A stretch of DNA of 63,766 bases, counting the filler, from Octopus bimaculoides (taxonomy: Eukaryota): assembly GCF_001194135.2 (NCBI RefSeq). It is 6 parts of 6 records of this genome, joined end to end, with 100 filler letters (N's around TTAATTAATTAA, not from the genome) between each part and the next. Parts side by side here need not be neighbours in the genome. Positions count along the whole stretch, not along the records: positions 1 to 16,045 come from NC_068991.1; positions 16,146 to 26,822 come from NC_069003.1; 4 more parts are not named here. One strand, written 5' to 3'. Of the stretch, positions 11,451 to 23,570 are shown in pieces. The translations under genes and the position numbers were made by a program. Below the pieces are notes generated by a model. It saw nothing but the letters and a program-made list of their open reading frames with translations, was not told the DNA's origin and made no database searches. Each line of letters begins with the position of its first letter. Within the stretch, counting starts at the first letter, position 1.

Positions 11451-11828
11451 TGTTGTTGGCACTCCGTCGCTTACGACGTCGGGGGTTCCAGTTGATCCGA
11501 TCAACGGAACAGCCTGCTTGTGAAATTAACGTGCAAGTGGCTGAGCACTCCACAGACACGTGTACCCTTAACGTAGTTCTCGGGGATATTCAGATTGACA
11601 CAGTGTAACAAGGCTGACCCTTTGAATTACAGGCACAACAGGAAGTAAGAGTGAGAGAAAGTTATGGTGGAAGAGTACAGCAGGGTTTGCCACCATCCCC
11701 CGCCGGAGCCTCGTGGAGCTTTAGGTGCTTTCGCTCAATAAACACTCACAACACCCGGTTTGAGAATCGAAACCGCGATCCTATGACCGCGAGTCCGCTG
11801 CCCTAACCACTGGGCCATTGCGCCTCCA
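11451..11828 (-). mobile_element. tRNA-derived SINE, family C (head GGAGGCGCAATGGCCCAGTGG), (CAA)n tail
   Basis: A-box TGGCCCAGTGG, B-box GGTTTCGATTC; head shared with 60248, tail shared with 60960-61106. Confidence 0.88.
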
Positions 11829-12604
11829 CAACATCATTACCAAAGTCAAACAGATCCACAGAGCATGTGCCTTTTCGGTGATCTTCACGGTTGACCGATA
11901 TACAAGACAATTTCGGGAAAATAAGCTCACCCGAAGGTCCCCGGTTCACTCCCAACTAAAGGCAGCATTTCCAAAACAGCAGGAGAACGTCTAGGAGTCA
12001 TACCTTAGGTGGGACCTGGATCCTTTAGAGCGACAAGCACTAAAGGAGTCGAAATACCTGCTTGACGGAAGTTCTGATGAAAATTCCTCATGCTGTTCGC
12101 TCGTCTCGTAGCAAGTTTTTCACTTACTACTCATTCTTGCTTGTAACTTCTGACTACAATTCTCCAAGCCACGCCTACCTGCATCTCGCTGTATATGTGG
12201 AATGCCTGCAACACTTCGGAAATCCAATTTACCGCTTACATCCGCGAACAATAATTAATTCCCCCAGTTAAACACAGTTAACCCAGCTGGGATTAATTAA
12301 ATAACCAACCTTCTAAAAAACACTGCCTTCCTTCCTCCACAAATACCAGCATATACCAACCCAATAAACACCCTGACATACTCTTCACCTCACCGTTCAC
12401 ACACACACACACACATACGTTCACACTTCCTTAAACCTTTACACTTTCCATATTTATTTTGTTCATCACTCTCAGCTCTTGGTTCTATTTTTGTGTGGAA
12501 GGTGTTATAAAGCATCATTCTAAGTATCCCGCGCTCTATCCACATGCGTTTTACCATTCACCATGCTGCTGACTCTTTTCAGTCCATAAATATATAGTGC
12601 GAGC

Positions 12605-12870
12605 ATGCACAAATTGATGTTGGTTTGTTTACGTCTCCGTAACCTAGCGGTTCGGGAAAAGAGACGACAGAATATGTACCAGACGTAAAAAAGAAAAGAA
12701 ATATAATACTGTAAGCAGGTAATCCTGCGACGGACTGGCGTTCTCTTCAGAAGGAATGTTGGCTTGCTCGTCTAGCCAGCGGGATGGGATCATTCGAAAG
12801 CTATAACAATGCGAGAAAGCGCATTGTAACCAGCAGTGTGTTACAACATCCGGTAGTCTGATCCATACAA
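12605..12870 (+). mobile_element. SINE fragments (family B internal part plus another SINE-like tail)
   Basis: GTTTACGTCTCCGTAACCTAGCGGTTCG matches family B; CTGCGACGGACTGGCG resembles the CTGCGATAGACTGG module at 60430. Confidence 0.6.
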
Positions 12871-13789
12871 TGATATATATATAGGCGCAAAATTGCGACT
12901 GACCAGCAGGCCGATAACTGACGAGGAGTTAGTGACCATCTGCGTCCGTTTCCCGCTTGTTTGTGTCTTTTTTTTTAAATATATTTTTAACTCATTATAA
13001 ATAGACATACATACATATACATATATATTTCTTCATTTCCTATATATATATATATATANNNNNNNNNNNNNNNNNNNNNNNNNNNNNNNNNNNNNNNNNN
13101 NNNNNNNNNNNNNNNNNNNNNNNNNNNNNNNNNNNNNNNNNNNNNNNNNNNNNNNNNNNNNNNNNNNNNNNNNNNNNNNNNNNNNNNNNNNNNNNNNNNN
13201 NNNNNNNNNNNNNNNNNNNNNNNNNNNNNNNNNNNNNNNNNNNNNNNNNNNNNNNNNNNNNNNNNNNNNNNNNNNNNNNNNNNNNNNNNNNNNNNNNNNN
13301 NNNNNNNNNNNNNNNNNNNNNNNNNNNNNNNNNNNNNNNNNNNNNNNNNNNNNNNNNNNNNNNNNNNNNNNNNNNNNNNNNNNNNNNNNNNNNNNNNNNN
13401 NNNNNNNNNNNNNNNNNNNNNNNNNNNNNNNNNNNNNNNNNNNNNNNNNNNNNNNNNNNNGTGTGTGTGTGTGTGTGTGTGTGTGTATTTCGCACGTCAG
13501 TATGTGTACCTTCGTGACTATTATCAAAAGTGCAAATCTATCGAATAGGTATTTTTTAAAGTCTGTCAGGACTATTATTCACAGCTTTATAATTCACAGC
13601 TGGGAACGAACACGCTCGCAGTCGTGAGAATACACAACGAAAAGCCTGCAGCTGTTTCGAATGGCGGGTCACATTTACAAGCACCAGTACTTCGATTACC
13701 ACGAGGGTGTGTGTGTGTGTGTGTGTGTGGCGGAGAGAGAGAGAGAAAAAAAGTCAGTAAACGACAACTACAATAATAATAATAATGAT

Positions 13790-14090
13790 TATAATCCTTT
13801 CTACTGGAGGCACAAAGCCTCATATTTGTGGGGAGGAGACTAGTCGATTACATCGACTGCTAACGATTCTGCCAGCTCGCCGCCTTTATAATAATAAGGA
13901 TGGTTTCAAATTTTGCAAGAAGGGCAGCAATTTTGGGGAAGGGGACGAGTCGATTATATCGACCCCAGTGTTCAACTGATATGTATTTCAACGACTCCGA
14001 AAGGATGAAAGGCAAAATCGATCCCTGCGGTATTTGAACTCAGAACGTAATGACAGACGAAATGCCGCTAAGCATTTTGTCCGCCGCCTT
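13790..14090 (-). mobile_element. Two tandem family A SINE copies (left one truncated)
   Basis: Two successive tail and body matches; (ATT)n tail at 13770-13790. Confidence 0.85.
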
Positions 14091-14265
14091 AAGAACAACA
14101 GGAGCAACAACAACAACAACAAAAACTCAGTAAACTAAGCCTTATTCACAAAACAAGTGATGTGGTGACCCAACAGGTGACTTATTCCTTCAATCCCCAT
14201 AAAAATATAAACACAATGCTACACACACACACTTCGGAACAAGGAAGTGCACCAGGTGGTGTTCT

Positions 14266-14300
<35 letters not shown>

Positions 14301-14302
<2 letters not shown>

Positions 14303-14485
14303 TCGTTTATTGGCCACAAGGGCTTACANNNNNNNNNNATAATAAATTCGTTTATTGGCCACAAGGGCTTACATAAAATTACATTAAAACACATACAACA
14401 ACATAAAAGTCAAAAACAGGACGATACAATGGGTTTTACAACGTGTAAACAGTATGTATATAACGATTAAGAATTAAACAATTTA
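14301..14485 (-). mobile_element. 3' terminus of a Tx1/L1-like LINE
   Basis: rc GTAAGCCCTTGTGGCCAATAAACGAATT-(ATT)n parallels the 3' end of the Tx1 copy at 39811 (GCAAACCCTTGTGGTTAATAAAGATATT). Confidence 0.6.
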
Positions 14486-14503
14486 AATAATAATGATAAT
14501 AAT

Positions 14504-15058
14504 GCCCGGATGCAGTACCAGGCAGTGGCGCTCATGGCTTCTGATCTTAATTGATTGGAAGTGTTATCATGTACATTGTTTTGTCTTGGTATAAAAAGAT
14601 GGGCTACAGCAAATATTCTGCTCAATACCACAGATTTGCTTGTCAGTTGTTCGACCTTAACCAGTTGAGCATTTCCCTTGGTAGCTGACGATATGTGCAT
14701 CTCTGATCACGAGCAGAAGTAGTGGGGGAGTATCATAACCATGTGTTGAGAGGAATTCTTTGGGGTTTGAATAATTCACCTTTGGAAACATGGGTGTTTT
14801 GCTCAACATCCTTAAACAAACCTTATTCGGGGACCTTTTGAGAAGGATGGGCTACTCAACCTGAAGAAAATTCTAACTGGGCCCCACCTGCGAGGTCATG
14901 CGCTGTTTATTTTGATATAAGATCACCATGTCGCGCACATATGGTTGTGATGCACGTGCCTGGTGTACTCTTATCAGATGGGTAGTCATGATGGGTATAA
15001 TGGGCTTCGTATATTTGTACCCCAGTGTCACTTTGATGGCATGCACTGCTCTCTCACT
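14504..15058 (+). mobile_element. 555-bp non-coding element embedded in (AAT)n; probable R4/Dong-related 3' UTR or non-autonomous retroelement
   Basis: AAT repeats on both sides; a second 3' fragment at 54225-54340; terminal AGTGTCACTTT...ACTGCT resembles AGTGTCACCTT...ACTGCT of the R4 3' UTR at 35807-35839. Confidence 0.65.
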
Positions 15059-15084
15059 CAATAATAATAATAATAATAATAACC

Positions 15085-15195
15085 CGTTCAACTAAAGGCA
15101 CAAGGCCTGAAATTTGTTGGGAGGGGTAAGTCGATCACATTGACACCAGTACTTGACTGGTACTCGACTTATCGACCCCGAATGGATGAAAAATG
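15085..15195 (-). mobile_element. Family A SINE, 3' part
   Basis: AGGCACAAGGCCTGAAATTT...ATCGACCCCGAATGGATGAAA. Confidence 0.8.
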
Positions 15196-15697
15196 CTGAA
15201 AAATGATTAACTTGAGCTTAAGGTGTTTTTGTTTAAGTCACATGATTACATTCCTACTTGTCCACGTGCATCTACGTTTGCGTGTGTGTTAGTATGCATA
15301 CAGATGATGTATGTATGTATGTATGTATGTATATGTGTGTGAGTGATATATATCACTAAAGAGACCGATTCTGAAATATTTTGAGCGATCGCTATACCCG
15401 AGAACGAAGAAGCAGCCCTCACACACACACACTGTCTATTCACATCAGATGGTGTTTAAATCAACTATGACCTGGGTCAACATTGATCTAAACTTATCTA
15501 AGTTACGAGCAATAAACTTGAGCATGTACACTGTGTGTGTGAGTGCGCCCGCCGCGCGTGTGCATGTGTGTGTACGTGCGCGTGTGATCAAGACTTGTGA
15601 TAATGAGTTGGGAGGGTGGGGGGAATCCAAAAAGGAATAGTAGGAGTAGATAAAGTGTATGGTAGGTATAGCTGTTTGCTGTGATATATGTGGTGGT

Positions 15698-15912
15698 GAA
15701 GACGGCGAGCTGGCAGAAACGTTAGCACGCCAGGCGAAATGCTTAGCGGGGTTTCGTCTGTCTTTATGTTCTGAGTTCAAATTCCGCCGAGGTCGACTTT
15801 GCTTTTTATCCTTTCGGGGTCGATAAATTAAGTACCAGTTGCGTACTGAGGTCGATCTAATCGACTGGCCCCCTCCCCCAAAATCTTCGGGCCTTGTGCC
15901 CAGAGTAGAAAA
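15698..15912 (+). mobile_element. Full-length family A SINE
   Basis: Intact A/B boxes; GATATATGTGGT at 15683-15694 and 15913-15924 is a likely TSD. Confidence 0.92.
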
Positions 15913-16045
15913 GATATATGTGGTATGTGGTGGTGATGAAAATGACGATGGTGGTGGTGGAGGTGTATATTAAAAGTTGGTAATAGCGGTGATGGGGGCT
16001 GGTGAAAGTAAAAGGCCGTGGTGACATTCATACTGTTGGAAATGA

Positions 16046-16145
16046 NNNNNNNNNNNNNNNNNNNNNNNNNNNNNNNNNNNNNNNNNNNNTTAATTAATTA
16101 ANNNNNNNNNNNNNNNNNNNNNNNNNNNNNNNNNNNNNNNNNNNN
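16046..16145. other. Artificial 100-bp scaffold join N44-TTAATTAATTAA-N44
   Basis: Identical construct at 26823-26922, 48596-48695, 58649-58748 and 60051-60150; the 12-mer gives stops in all six frames. Confidence 0.95.
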
Positions 16146-17986
16146 ATATATAGTACACAATTACTATTGTACTATGTACTAAATCCAAACAAACACTCAC
16201 ACCGCATGATATGACTATTATTGGACTATTGCCTTATGTAAAATGTCGTCCAAATGACTTGCCAGTCGTAATGGTTTGTAATATATCGTTATTTTTCGTT
16301 CTCTTTTAGTGAAAGTTCTTGAGATGGTAGGGTAGTGTGTGGTGGGACTAGGAAGTGGGAGTGGGGAGTGCGATGGAGAAATGTCAGGAAGGTTATCTGC
16401 TGTCAACACTCAGGAAGTTCTGCATCATGTATATATTTGCATGCGTGTAGGTAGGTATGTGCGTGTGTATGTGTGCATATATGTGTGTGTGTGCGTGTGT
16501 GCGTATGTGTGCGCACACACAAACACTACAAGTGATGGGCAGGGCTCCAAACAGCGACAATGCCGAAACAAGAGTAAGAATTTTAATATAAACATCTATT
16601 TATTCTTACTATTTCTTTATATGTATATATGCGTGTATATATATATATATATATATATNNNNNNNNNNNNNNNNNNNNNNNNNNNNNNNNNNNNNNNNNN
16701 NNNNNNNNNNNNNNNNNNNNNNNNNNNNNNNNNNNNNNNNNNNNNNNNNNNNNNNNNNNNNNNNNNNNNNNNNNNNNNNNNNNNNNNNNNNNNNNNNNNN
16801 NNNNNNNNNNNNNNNNNNNNNNNNNNNNNNNNNNNNNNNNNNNNNNNNNNNNNNNNNNNNNNNNNNNNNNNNNNNNNNNNNNNNNNNNNNNNNNNNNNNN
16901 NNNNNNNNNNNNNNNNNNNNNNNNNNNNNNNNNNNNNNNNNNNNNNNNNNNNNNNNNNNNNNNNNNNNNNNNNNNNNNNNNNNNNNNNNNNNNNNNNNNN
17001 NNNNNNNNNNNNNNNNNNNNNNNNNNNNNNNNNNNNNNNNNNNNNNNNNNNNNNNNNNNNNNNNNNNNNNNNNNNNNNNNNNNNNNNNNNNNNNNNNNNN
17101 NNNNNNNNNNNNNNNNNNNNNNTATATATATATATGCATACAATCATACAAACATATATATACATATGTATGGAATGGGTCCGAAGCATCATCTCCCTTC
17201 TCAATGGAATGAATGCAAATGATTGTGGTGGGGGGAAAATCCATGGTGCCATGTCTCACGTCTGTGGAATAATAAACCATTTCGGAGCTTTCTGTCCACA
17301 AAACCAAAACAAGAAAAGAAAAACGGAAGGCCCCAGTGCGGTCAGCACCATCAGCAACGCCAACAGCGTGCAGCAACAGAAGCAGTAGCTAAAGTGGTAG
17401 TAAGATCAGGAACAACAACAACAACAATAATAACAATAACGACAACAACATCTGCAACGGCAGCAGAAACTGTGACAATTGACAATGAAAACACCAACAA
17501 CGAGAACGGTTGAAGTGGCGGAAATTTATGACTATAAAAATATAATCGCCACCCACGGGATATCCCGACTCAATACTCTCTAAATCCCTTGCTCCAATTC
17601 CCCCGGAATAGAAGTTTTCCGACCCTTGATACTAGAAAAGCAAGGAAAACACGCTGCTATTTGGAACATGACAGCGCAGCCGTTAACATTTACTGGGAAC
17701 ACCATGGAAGATCCATTCACATCCTCCATTCTGGTGGTGTTAAACATATTTTCTTCTTCAATTATTCAAATGTATGTAATTGCATTTGAATAGATTTACA
17801 GAGTGTGTCCCTTAGATCAATGTGAAACAGGAGATTCGGGACTGCAAATGTTTTTTTTTTGTTTATTGTTACATCATAAATTGTATTTTACGACGAAATA
17901 ACATAAAAGACATTTTTACAGCCAACTGTCAGGTTTTGCTCTGATCTTTTTTTATAGCCATGCGTGTATGCATCCATGTAGTATGT

Positions 17987-18019
<33 letters not shown>

Positions 18020-18429
18020 TNNNNNNNNNNNNNNNNNNNNNNNNNNNNNNNNNNNNNNNNNNNNNNNNNNNNNNNNNNNNNNNNNNNNNNNNNNNNNNNN
18101 NNNNNNNNNNNNNNNNNNNNNNNNNNNNNNNNNNNNNNNNNNNNNNNNNNNNNNNNNNNNNNNNNNNNNNNNNNNNNNNNNNNNNNNNNNNNNNNNNNNN
18201 NNNNNNNNNNNNNNNNNNNNNNNNNNNNNNNNNNNNNNNNNNNNNNNNNNNNNNNNNNNNNNNNNNNNNNNNNNNNNNNNNNNNNNNNNNNNNNNNNNNN
18301 NNNNNNNNNNNNNNNNNNNNNNNNNNNNNNNNNNNNNNNNNNNNNNNNNNNNNNNNNNNNNNNNNNNNNNNNNNNNNNNNNNNNNNNNNNNNNNNNNNNN
18401 NNNNNNNNNNTGTTGTTGTTGTTGTTGTT

Positions 18430-19130
18430 GTTAATATTACAATTGTTTTTGCACTAACGCTGGAGATGTACTACAGTGTCAGCTGTCCACTACCAGTGAA
18501 CTAAGGTAACACCCCTTATTTTTCGAGCACCTTCCGGAGTATTCGAGCGGTCACAAGCAGTGCCGTTTCCTGTAAGTGCTCCACTCTTATCGCAGCCCCT
18601 ATTTGCTCCATGTACTTCTCAAAATTTTTACTCACTGTTCCCAGGGCTCCGTCAATTATTTGTCACCTTTTTTCCAGTGATCACAACTGCTTAACCTCCC
18701 AAGCTAACCTGTCATATCTATCGACTTTTCTTTTTTCCCTACCACATATCTTGTCAGTTGGGCATGCTATATCTATGATCCACCATTATTTGCTTTCTTT
18801 CTCAATTAACACAATGTCTGGTTTCCTATTCTCTATCTCATGGTCGCACTAAATCATAAAGTCCAATAGGATCTTTGCATTATTATTTTCGATTATGCCT
18901 TCGGGTTTATGTTCGTACCACTTTTTTGCTCTGTCAAGTCCATACTTGTTGCAAAGTGTCCAACGGAGAATCCTTGCTATATTGTCATGACATCTCGTAT
19001 ATTCTTTCTGGATTAGTGGCGTATATTGACTGGTAATATGCCATACGGTTTCACTATTTTGCCCACAAATTTTGCACTTATTATTTTCTGACGTGTTGTC
19101 TATTCCGACGTGTTGTCTATTCTGTATAAA
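18430..19130 (-). mobile_element. R4/Dong-clade non-LTR retrotransposon 3' end (CCHC knuckle plus RLE), (CAA)n tail
   Basis: CKICGQNSETVWHITSQ..KEYTRCHDNIARILRW..WYEHKPEG..KILLDFMI, then RKPDIVLIEK..IIDIACP..GALGTV..HLQETALLVTARILRKVLEK-stop; several in-frame stops. Confidence 0.9.
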
Positions 19131-19589
19131 AGACAGCTGACAGTCACTGAGAAGGTTGCAAAAAAGCAACGAAAGAGCTTTGACAAAACAAGAAAAAAAA
19201 AGAAATCGGATATTTAATAAATGAGAGGACTTGAACCAGTGCGTGTGTCATTTATATTGGCATGATGACTCTCCCCACTCACAACAAAATGTTGCTTGTT
19301 TATCCGTTAAGGGGCTTGTCACTATGTATTTTCGTTGTTTGGCTTTAAAATTATTCCGGCCTCTTCATGGGACTCGTTACAAATGTTTGTTTTTAAAATC
19401 GCAACTTTACGAAATGTCAACGAGTGACAAAGAAGGGAAGATTAGGGGAGGAAGTGACATTAAGGAGCGACAATACGGGAATGGAAGCAACCTTTCCCTG
19501 TCGTAATAACCGAAGAAATGTTCGCCCCTCCCCCCTCTTTACTTCGAAACACGAAAGGAAAAGGAAAGACGTAAGCATGTGATAACACA

Positions 19590-19830
19590 AACACACTCGC
19601 CTCACTACCGCCACCATCGCCTCAATTACCATCAGCACCACCAACACCACCAAAAACAACAACACCAATACCACCACCACAACCACCTCCACCAACAACA
19701 TCACCACTGCCGTCACCATCAGCACCACCGCCACCATCATCACCACCAACAACAACACAACAACAACAACAACACCAATTCCACCCTCCACCCCAACCGC
19801 TGCCACGACCACCATCTCCACCGCTGGGAT
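19590..19830. repeat. Compound (CAC)n/(CAA)n microsatellite
   Basis: Seen directly in the sequence. Confidence 0.9.
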
Positions 19831-19874
19831 GAGTCTGTCAGCGTTAATTGTCATCACTCGCAACAGCAAGAATA

Positions 19875-20872
19875 AAATGAGTGCAATAAAGGCAACAAAA
19901 CAACGGAAAGTTTGAGGAATATTAATGCCGTATATGGAGACAGTAAGGGTAAGCCAGTTTCAACGGTGGTTCCAGAAATTCCAAGCCGAAAAGATCCGGG
20001 AGGATCTGTAGATCTCGACGCGGACATCCTGCAAACCCTGGTGGAACAAAAATCCCATCGTAACTGTTGAGGAATTAGCAGAGTAGCTTGAATTTGGTCA
20101 TTCAACCATTCATCGATACCTGCATGCCATCGGAAAAGTCAGAAAATTGGCTCAATGGGTTCTTCACAAACTTTCCGAGTCTAAACGTGCGCAGAGAGTG
20201 AATGTGTGCTATTCTTTGCTGTCACTTCTCACGAATGAACCTTTTTTCGATCGGATAGTGACTGGTGACGAGAAATGGGTTCTCTATAAAAATGTCAAGT
20301 GCTGAAGACAGTGAGTAGGGAAAGGAGAAACACCGGCACCCCAAGCTAAAGAAGGTCTTCACCCACATAAGGTGTTGTTATCTGTTTGGTGGGATATGAA
20401 AGATTTAGTCCACTTTGATCTTTTAAACCTAAATCAAACGATAACAAAGGAGATCCACTGCAAGCAGCTTGAGCGGCTTTGGTTTCAAGACGAAAAGTGT
20501 TCTTCCATCCGGATGATCCTCGGCTATATACAGCGAGGATGACATTCCAAAGGCTGGAGCAGTTTCAATGGGAAACGATGCCCCACCCACTATATTCACC
20601 GGACATTGCCCCATCTGATCATCATTTATTCCGCAGTCTTCGAAATCGTTTGGACGGAAAAAATATGAATTCTGTAGATGAGGCCAGAACAGTACCGCCG
20701 GAGTATTTTTCGTCAGGACAAAGGGGCCTTGCAAGTCTACCAGATAGATGGAAGCGCATTGTAGAAAATGAAGAGAATATATTTTAGATTAAAAAAGAAC
20801 TTTCTTTATCTTAAGTTTGAAAAATATAAGAAGTATAAATGAAAACCGTATTATTTATGGGATGACCCAATA
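19875..20872 (+). mobile_element. Decayed mariner (DD34D) transposon; left TIR not found
   Basis: WVLHKL, RIVTGDEKWVLY, HPDD, HPLYSPDIAPSDHHLFRSL motifs across frameshifts and stops; right end TATTTATGGGATGACCCAA followed by TA. Confidence 0.95.
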
Positions 20873-21489
20873 TTTTCACAATTGTTATTACCATTGTCTC
20901 TGTACGATATTTTTGCAACTCCGTTTTTATCTTCGTTTATTTCATTGTATTATTGTTTCTATTGTTTCTCCTTTCTTCCTACAAGGTCGCTTCACCCTTT
21001 ACGTTATGTTAGTATGACTTCATATTCTATTTCACCAACCACATTATGAAAAAACAAAAGANNNNNNNNNNNNNNNNNNNNNNNNNNNNNNNNNNNNNNN
21101 NNNNNNNNNNNNNNNNNNNNNNNNNNNNNNNNNNNNNNNNNNNNNNNNNNNNNNNNNNNNNNNNNNNNNNNNNNNNNNNNNNNNNNNNNNNNNNNNNNNN
21201 NNNNNNNNNNNNNNNNNNNNNNNNNNNNNNNNNNNNNNNNNNNNNNNNNNNNNNNNNNNNNNNNNNNNNNNNNNNNNNNNNNNNNNNNNNNNNNNNNNNN
21301 NNNNNNNNNNNNNNNNNNNNNNNNNNNNNNNNNNNNNNNNNNNNNNNNNNNNNNNNNNNNNNNNNNNNNNNNNNNNNNNNNNNNNNNNNNNNNNNNNNNN
21401 NNNNNNNNNNNNNNNNNNNNNNNNNNNNNNNNNNNNNNNNNNNNNNNNNNNNNNNNNNNNNNNNNNNNNNNNNNNNNNNNNNNNNNNNN

Positions 21490-21830
21490 TTGATCTCAGA
21501 ACGTTAAGACAGACGAAATTCCCAGCGTGCTAACGATTCTGCCAAGCTCGCTCCCCCCCCTCCCGGCCTTCCCAACTGCGAATATTGATTTCAGACTTTT
21601 AGCACCTGCCCAGGTATTTCGGTGTGGTGGTGATGGTAGTTGGGGCGGAGCGAGTGTTAGCTGATTACATCGACCCCAGTGTTCAACTGATACTTATTTT
21701 ATCGATCTCGCAAAGATGAAAGGGAAAGTCGACGCGGCGGAATTTGAACTCAGAACGTAAAGACGGACGAAATGCTGCTAAGCTTTTCATCCGGCGTGAT
21801 AGCGATTCTGTCAGCTCACTTCCTTTCTAA
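21490..21830 (-). mobile_element. Two family A SINE copies or fragments
   Basis: CAGAACGTTAAGACAGACGAAAT at 21497 and ATCGACCCCAGTGTTCAACTG...GGCGGAATTTGAACTCAGAACGTAAAGACGG at 21670-21830. Confidence 0.85.
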
Positions 21831-22484
21831 TTAGGAATATTAAAATCCTAACTTACAACTGGGGCATCTAGAATATTGATGCATATATTTTTTCCCCGCA
21901 TCTATCTGTTTTAATATTAAATCTAATCTATCTTTAATATTCCTTCTTAAATTGCTCTCGCTATAGTTTTATTGATTCCCAAGTATTTGTCCATCTGTGT
22001 TTGGCCATCATAGTTACCAAACACTCTTATCACATTTACCAAACACTCTTATCACAGTTACTTTATCTAACACGATATTAATTTTCTTCTGTATACAGTT
22101 GCCTTAGCGTACATTTCTAACCCAAATCTTATATCAATTCCTCTTGTCAATCTATGTACTGAATGTTTCTAGTTGTTTGTCAACTGTAGAGTACAACCTG
22201 AGGTCATCCATTAACAAAATATGCTTAATTGTCCTCCCATAACATCGTATCCAAGATCAGTCCTTTTTAACATGTTGTTTATAGGGATTTATGTCAGACA
22301 GGAAAGACGTAGAAAGCGAGAGGTCTCGTTAGAATGTTCCTCTTTTAATAGCAAAGTGATTTGTTTTCCTAATTTCCTCGCTCGTTTGTATCTACAGATT
22401 TGTTTGTTATTTAATCATGATATTTTTGATGTATTCGCTTCTTAGAAGTGCCACCTTATTCATGGCAAATATATATCTCCGGTT

Positions 22485-22875
22485 AAGACGGCGAGCTGGC
22501 AGAAGCGTTAGGACACCGGGTAAAATACTTCGCGGTATTTTGTTCGTCTTTAAATTCCACTGAGTTCAAATTCCACTGAGGTCGACTTCGCCTTTCATCC
22601 TTTCGGGGGCGGGGGATCGACAAAACGAGTACCAGTTGTGAACTGGGGTCGATGTAATCGACTTACATCATCTCCTGAAGTTGCCTGCCTTCTGTGAAAA
22701 TTTGAAATCAATAATGGTTTCAAATTTTGGAACGTCGAGACCAGTGTCCAACGGGCCGTTATTTTAACTATGCCCAAAGGATAAAAGGCAACATCACCCT
22801 CAGCTGAATTCGAGCTGAAAACGTAAGAAATTCCGGAGCATATTTTGTCCGACTCGCTAACGTTTCTGCCAGCTA
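22485..22875. mobile_element. Tail-to-tail pair of family A SINEs (+ then -)
   Basis: Plus copy 22485-22720; minus copy ends CTCGCTAACGTTTCTGCCAGCT; palindromic junction AAATTTGAAATCAATAATGGTTTCAAATTT. Confidence 0.8.
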
Positions 22876-22911
22876 AGACGATAGTATTCATTAGTAATTA
22901 ATCATCATAAC

Positions 22912-22978
22912 TATACAGTAATCAACGCCATATCGCGGTTCACTTATCGCGGTTCACTTATCGCACCCTCAGTACATC
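22912..22978 (+). mobile_element. Possible Tigger/pogo-like MITE end
   Basis: TACAGTAATCAACGCCATATCGCGGTTCACTTATCGCGG resembles TcMar-Tigger termini; no partner TIR seen. Confidence 0.4.
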
Positions 22979-22979
22979 A

Positions 22980-23120
22980 AATTCTTCCGCGGTCGACTTT
23001 GCCTTTCTTCGTTTCAGGCTCGATAAAATAAGTACCAGTTGAGCACTGGAGTCGATGCAACCAACTAATCCTTTACCCCGAAACTGCTGGCCTTGTGCCA
23101 AAATTTGAAACTAATACTTA
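22980..23120 (+). mobile_element. Family A SINE, 5'-truncated
   Basis: GGTCGACTTTGCCTTTC...GCTGGCCTTGTGCCAAAATTTGAAAC. Confidence 0.85.
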
Positions 23121-23346
23121 AGATGAGAAATTTATTATCTTATTAAAACATTTGACTATCTTTGAGTATAATAAATGATGTGTTTTATCCAAAAGTTTTG
23201 GATTTTGTCCCCTCCAGGTGATTCCCAGTTGCAATTTCCACTCAAAATTTCTGCAGTTATGTCTTCTTATTCAGTACCCCATAATTTAATTTTAGCTTTG
23301 GCGGAACGGTTAGCCCCCTTTTTTTGTGTAGGAATATTTTCCTACC

Positions 23347-23570
23347 TCAAGGCAGCGAGCTGGCAGAATCATTAGCACGCCGGGCAAATTGCTTAGCGGG
23401 GCATTTCCCCCGTCTTTACGTTCTGAGTTCAAATTCCGCTGAGGTCGACTTTGCTTTTCATCCATTCGCATCGATTAAATAAGTACCAGTTGTGAATATT
23501 GGGGGACGATGTAATCGACTTATCGCCTCCCACGAAATTGCTGGCCTTGTGCTAAATTCTGAGACCAACA
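23347..23570 (+). mobile_element. Full-length family A SINE with likely 11-bp TSD
   Basis: ATTTTCCTACC at 23336-23346 and 23571-23581. Confidence 0.9.

Noticed and set aside
12074-12100. Hammerhead cores (CTGATGA at 12074, CTGACGA at 12918, TTGAAGA at about 3168 and 48288)
   Set aside because: No correctly placed stem II plus GAAA; 3168 is part of a SINE tail and 48288 lies in a retroelement coding remnant.
14301-14372. Tandem duplication of ATTCGTTTATTGGCCACAAGGGCTTACA
   Set aside because: The copies sit on either side of a 10-N gap, typical of unmerged overlapping contig ends.
16090-16101. TTAATTAATTAA as a conserved motif repeated five times
   Set aside because: Always centred in exactly 44+44 N; an assembly linker.
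19417-19875. His/Gln-rich, poly-Leu/Ile/Val, poly-Asn and HT/CV/YI ORFs (also 34668-35175, 39132-39551, 50181-50484)
   Set aside because: Translations of microsatellites; no splice or domain support.
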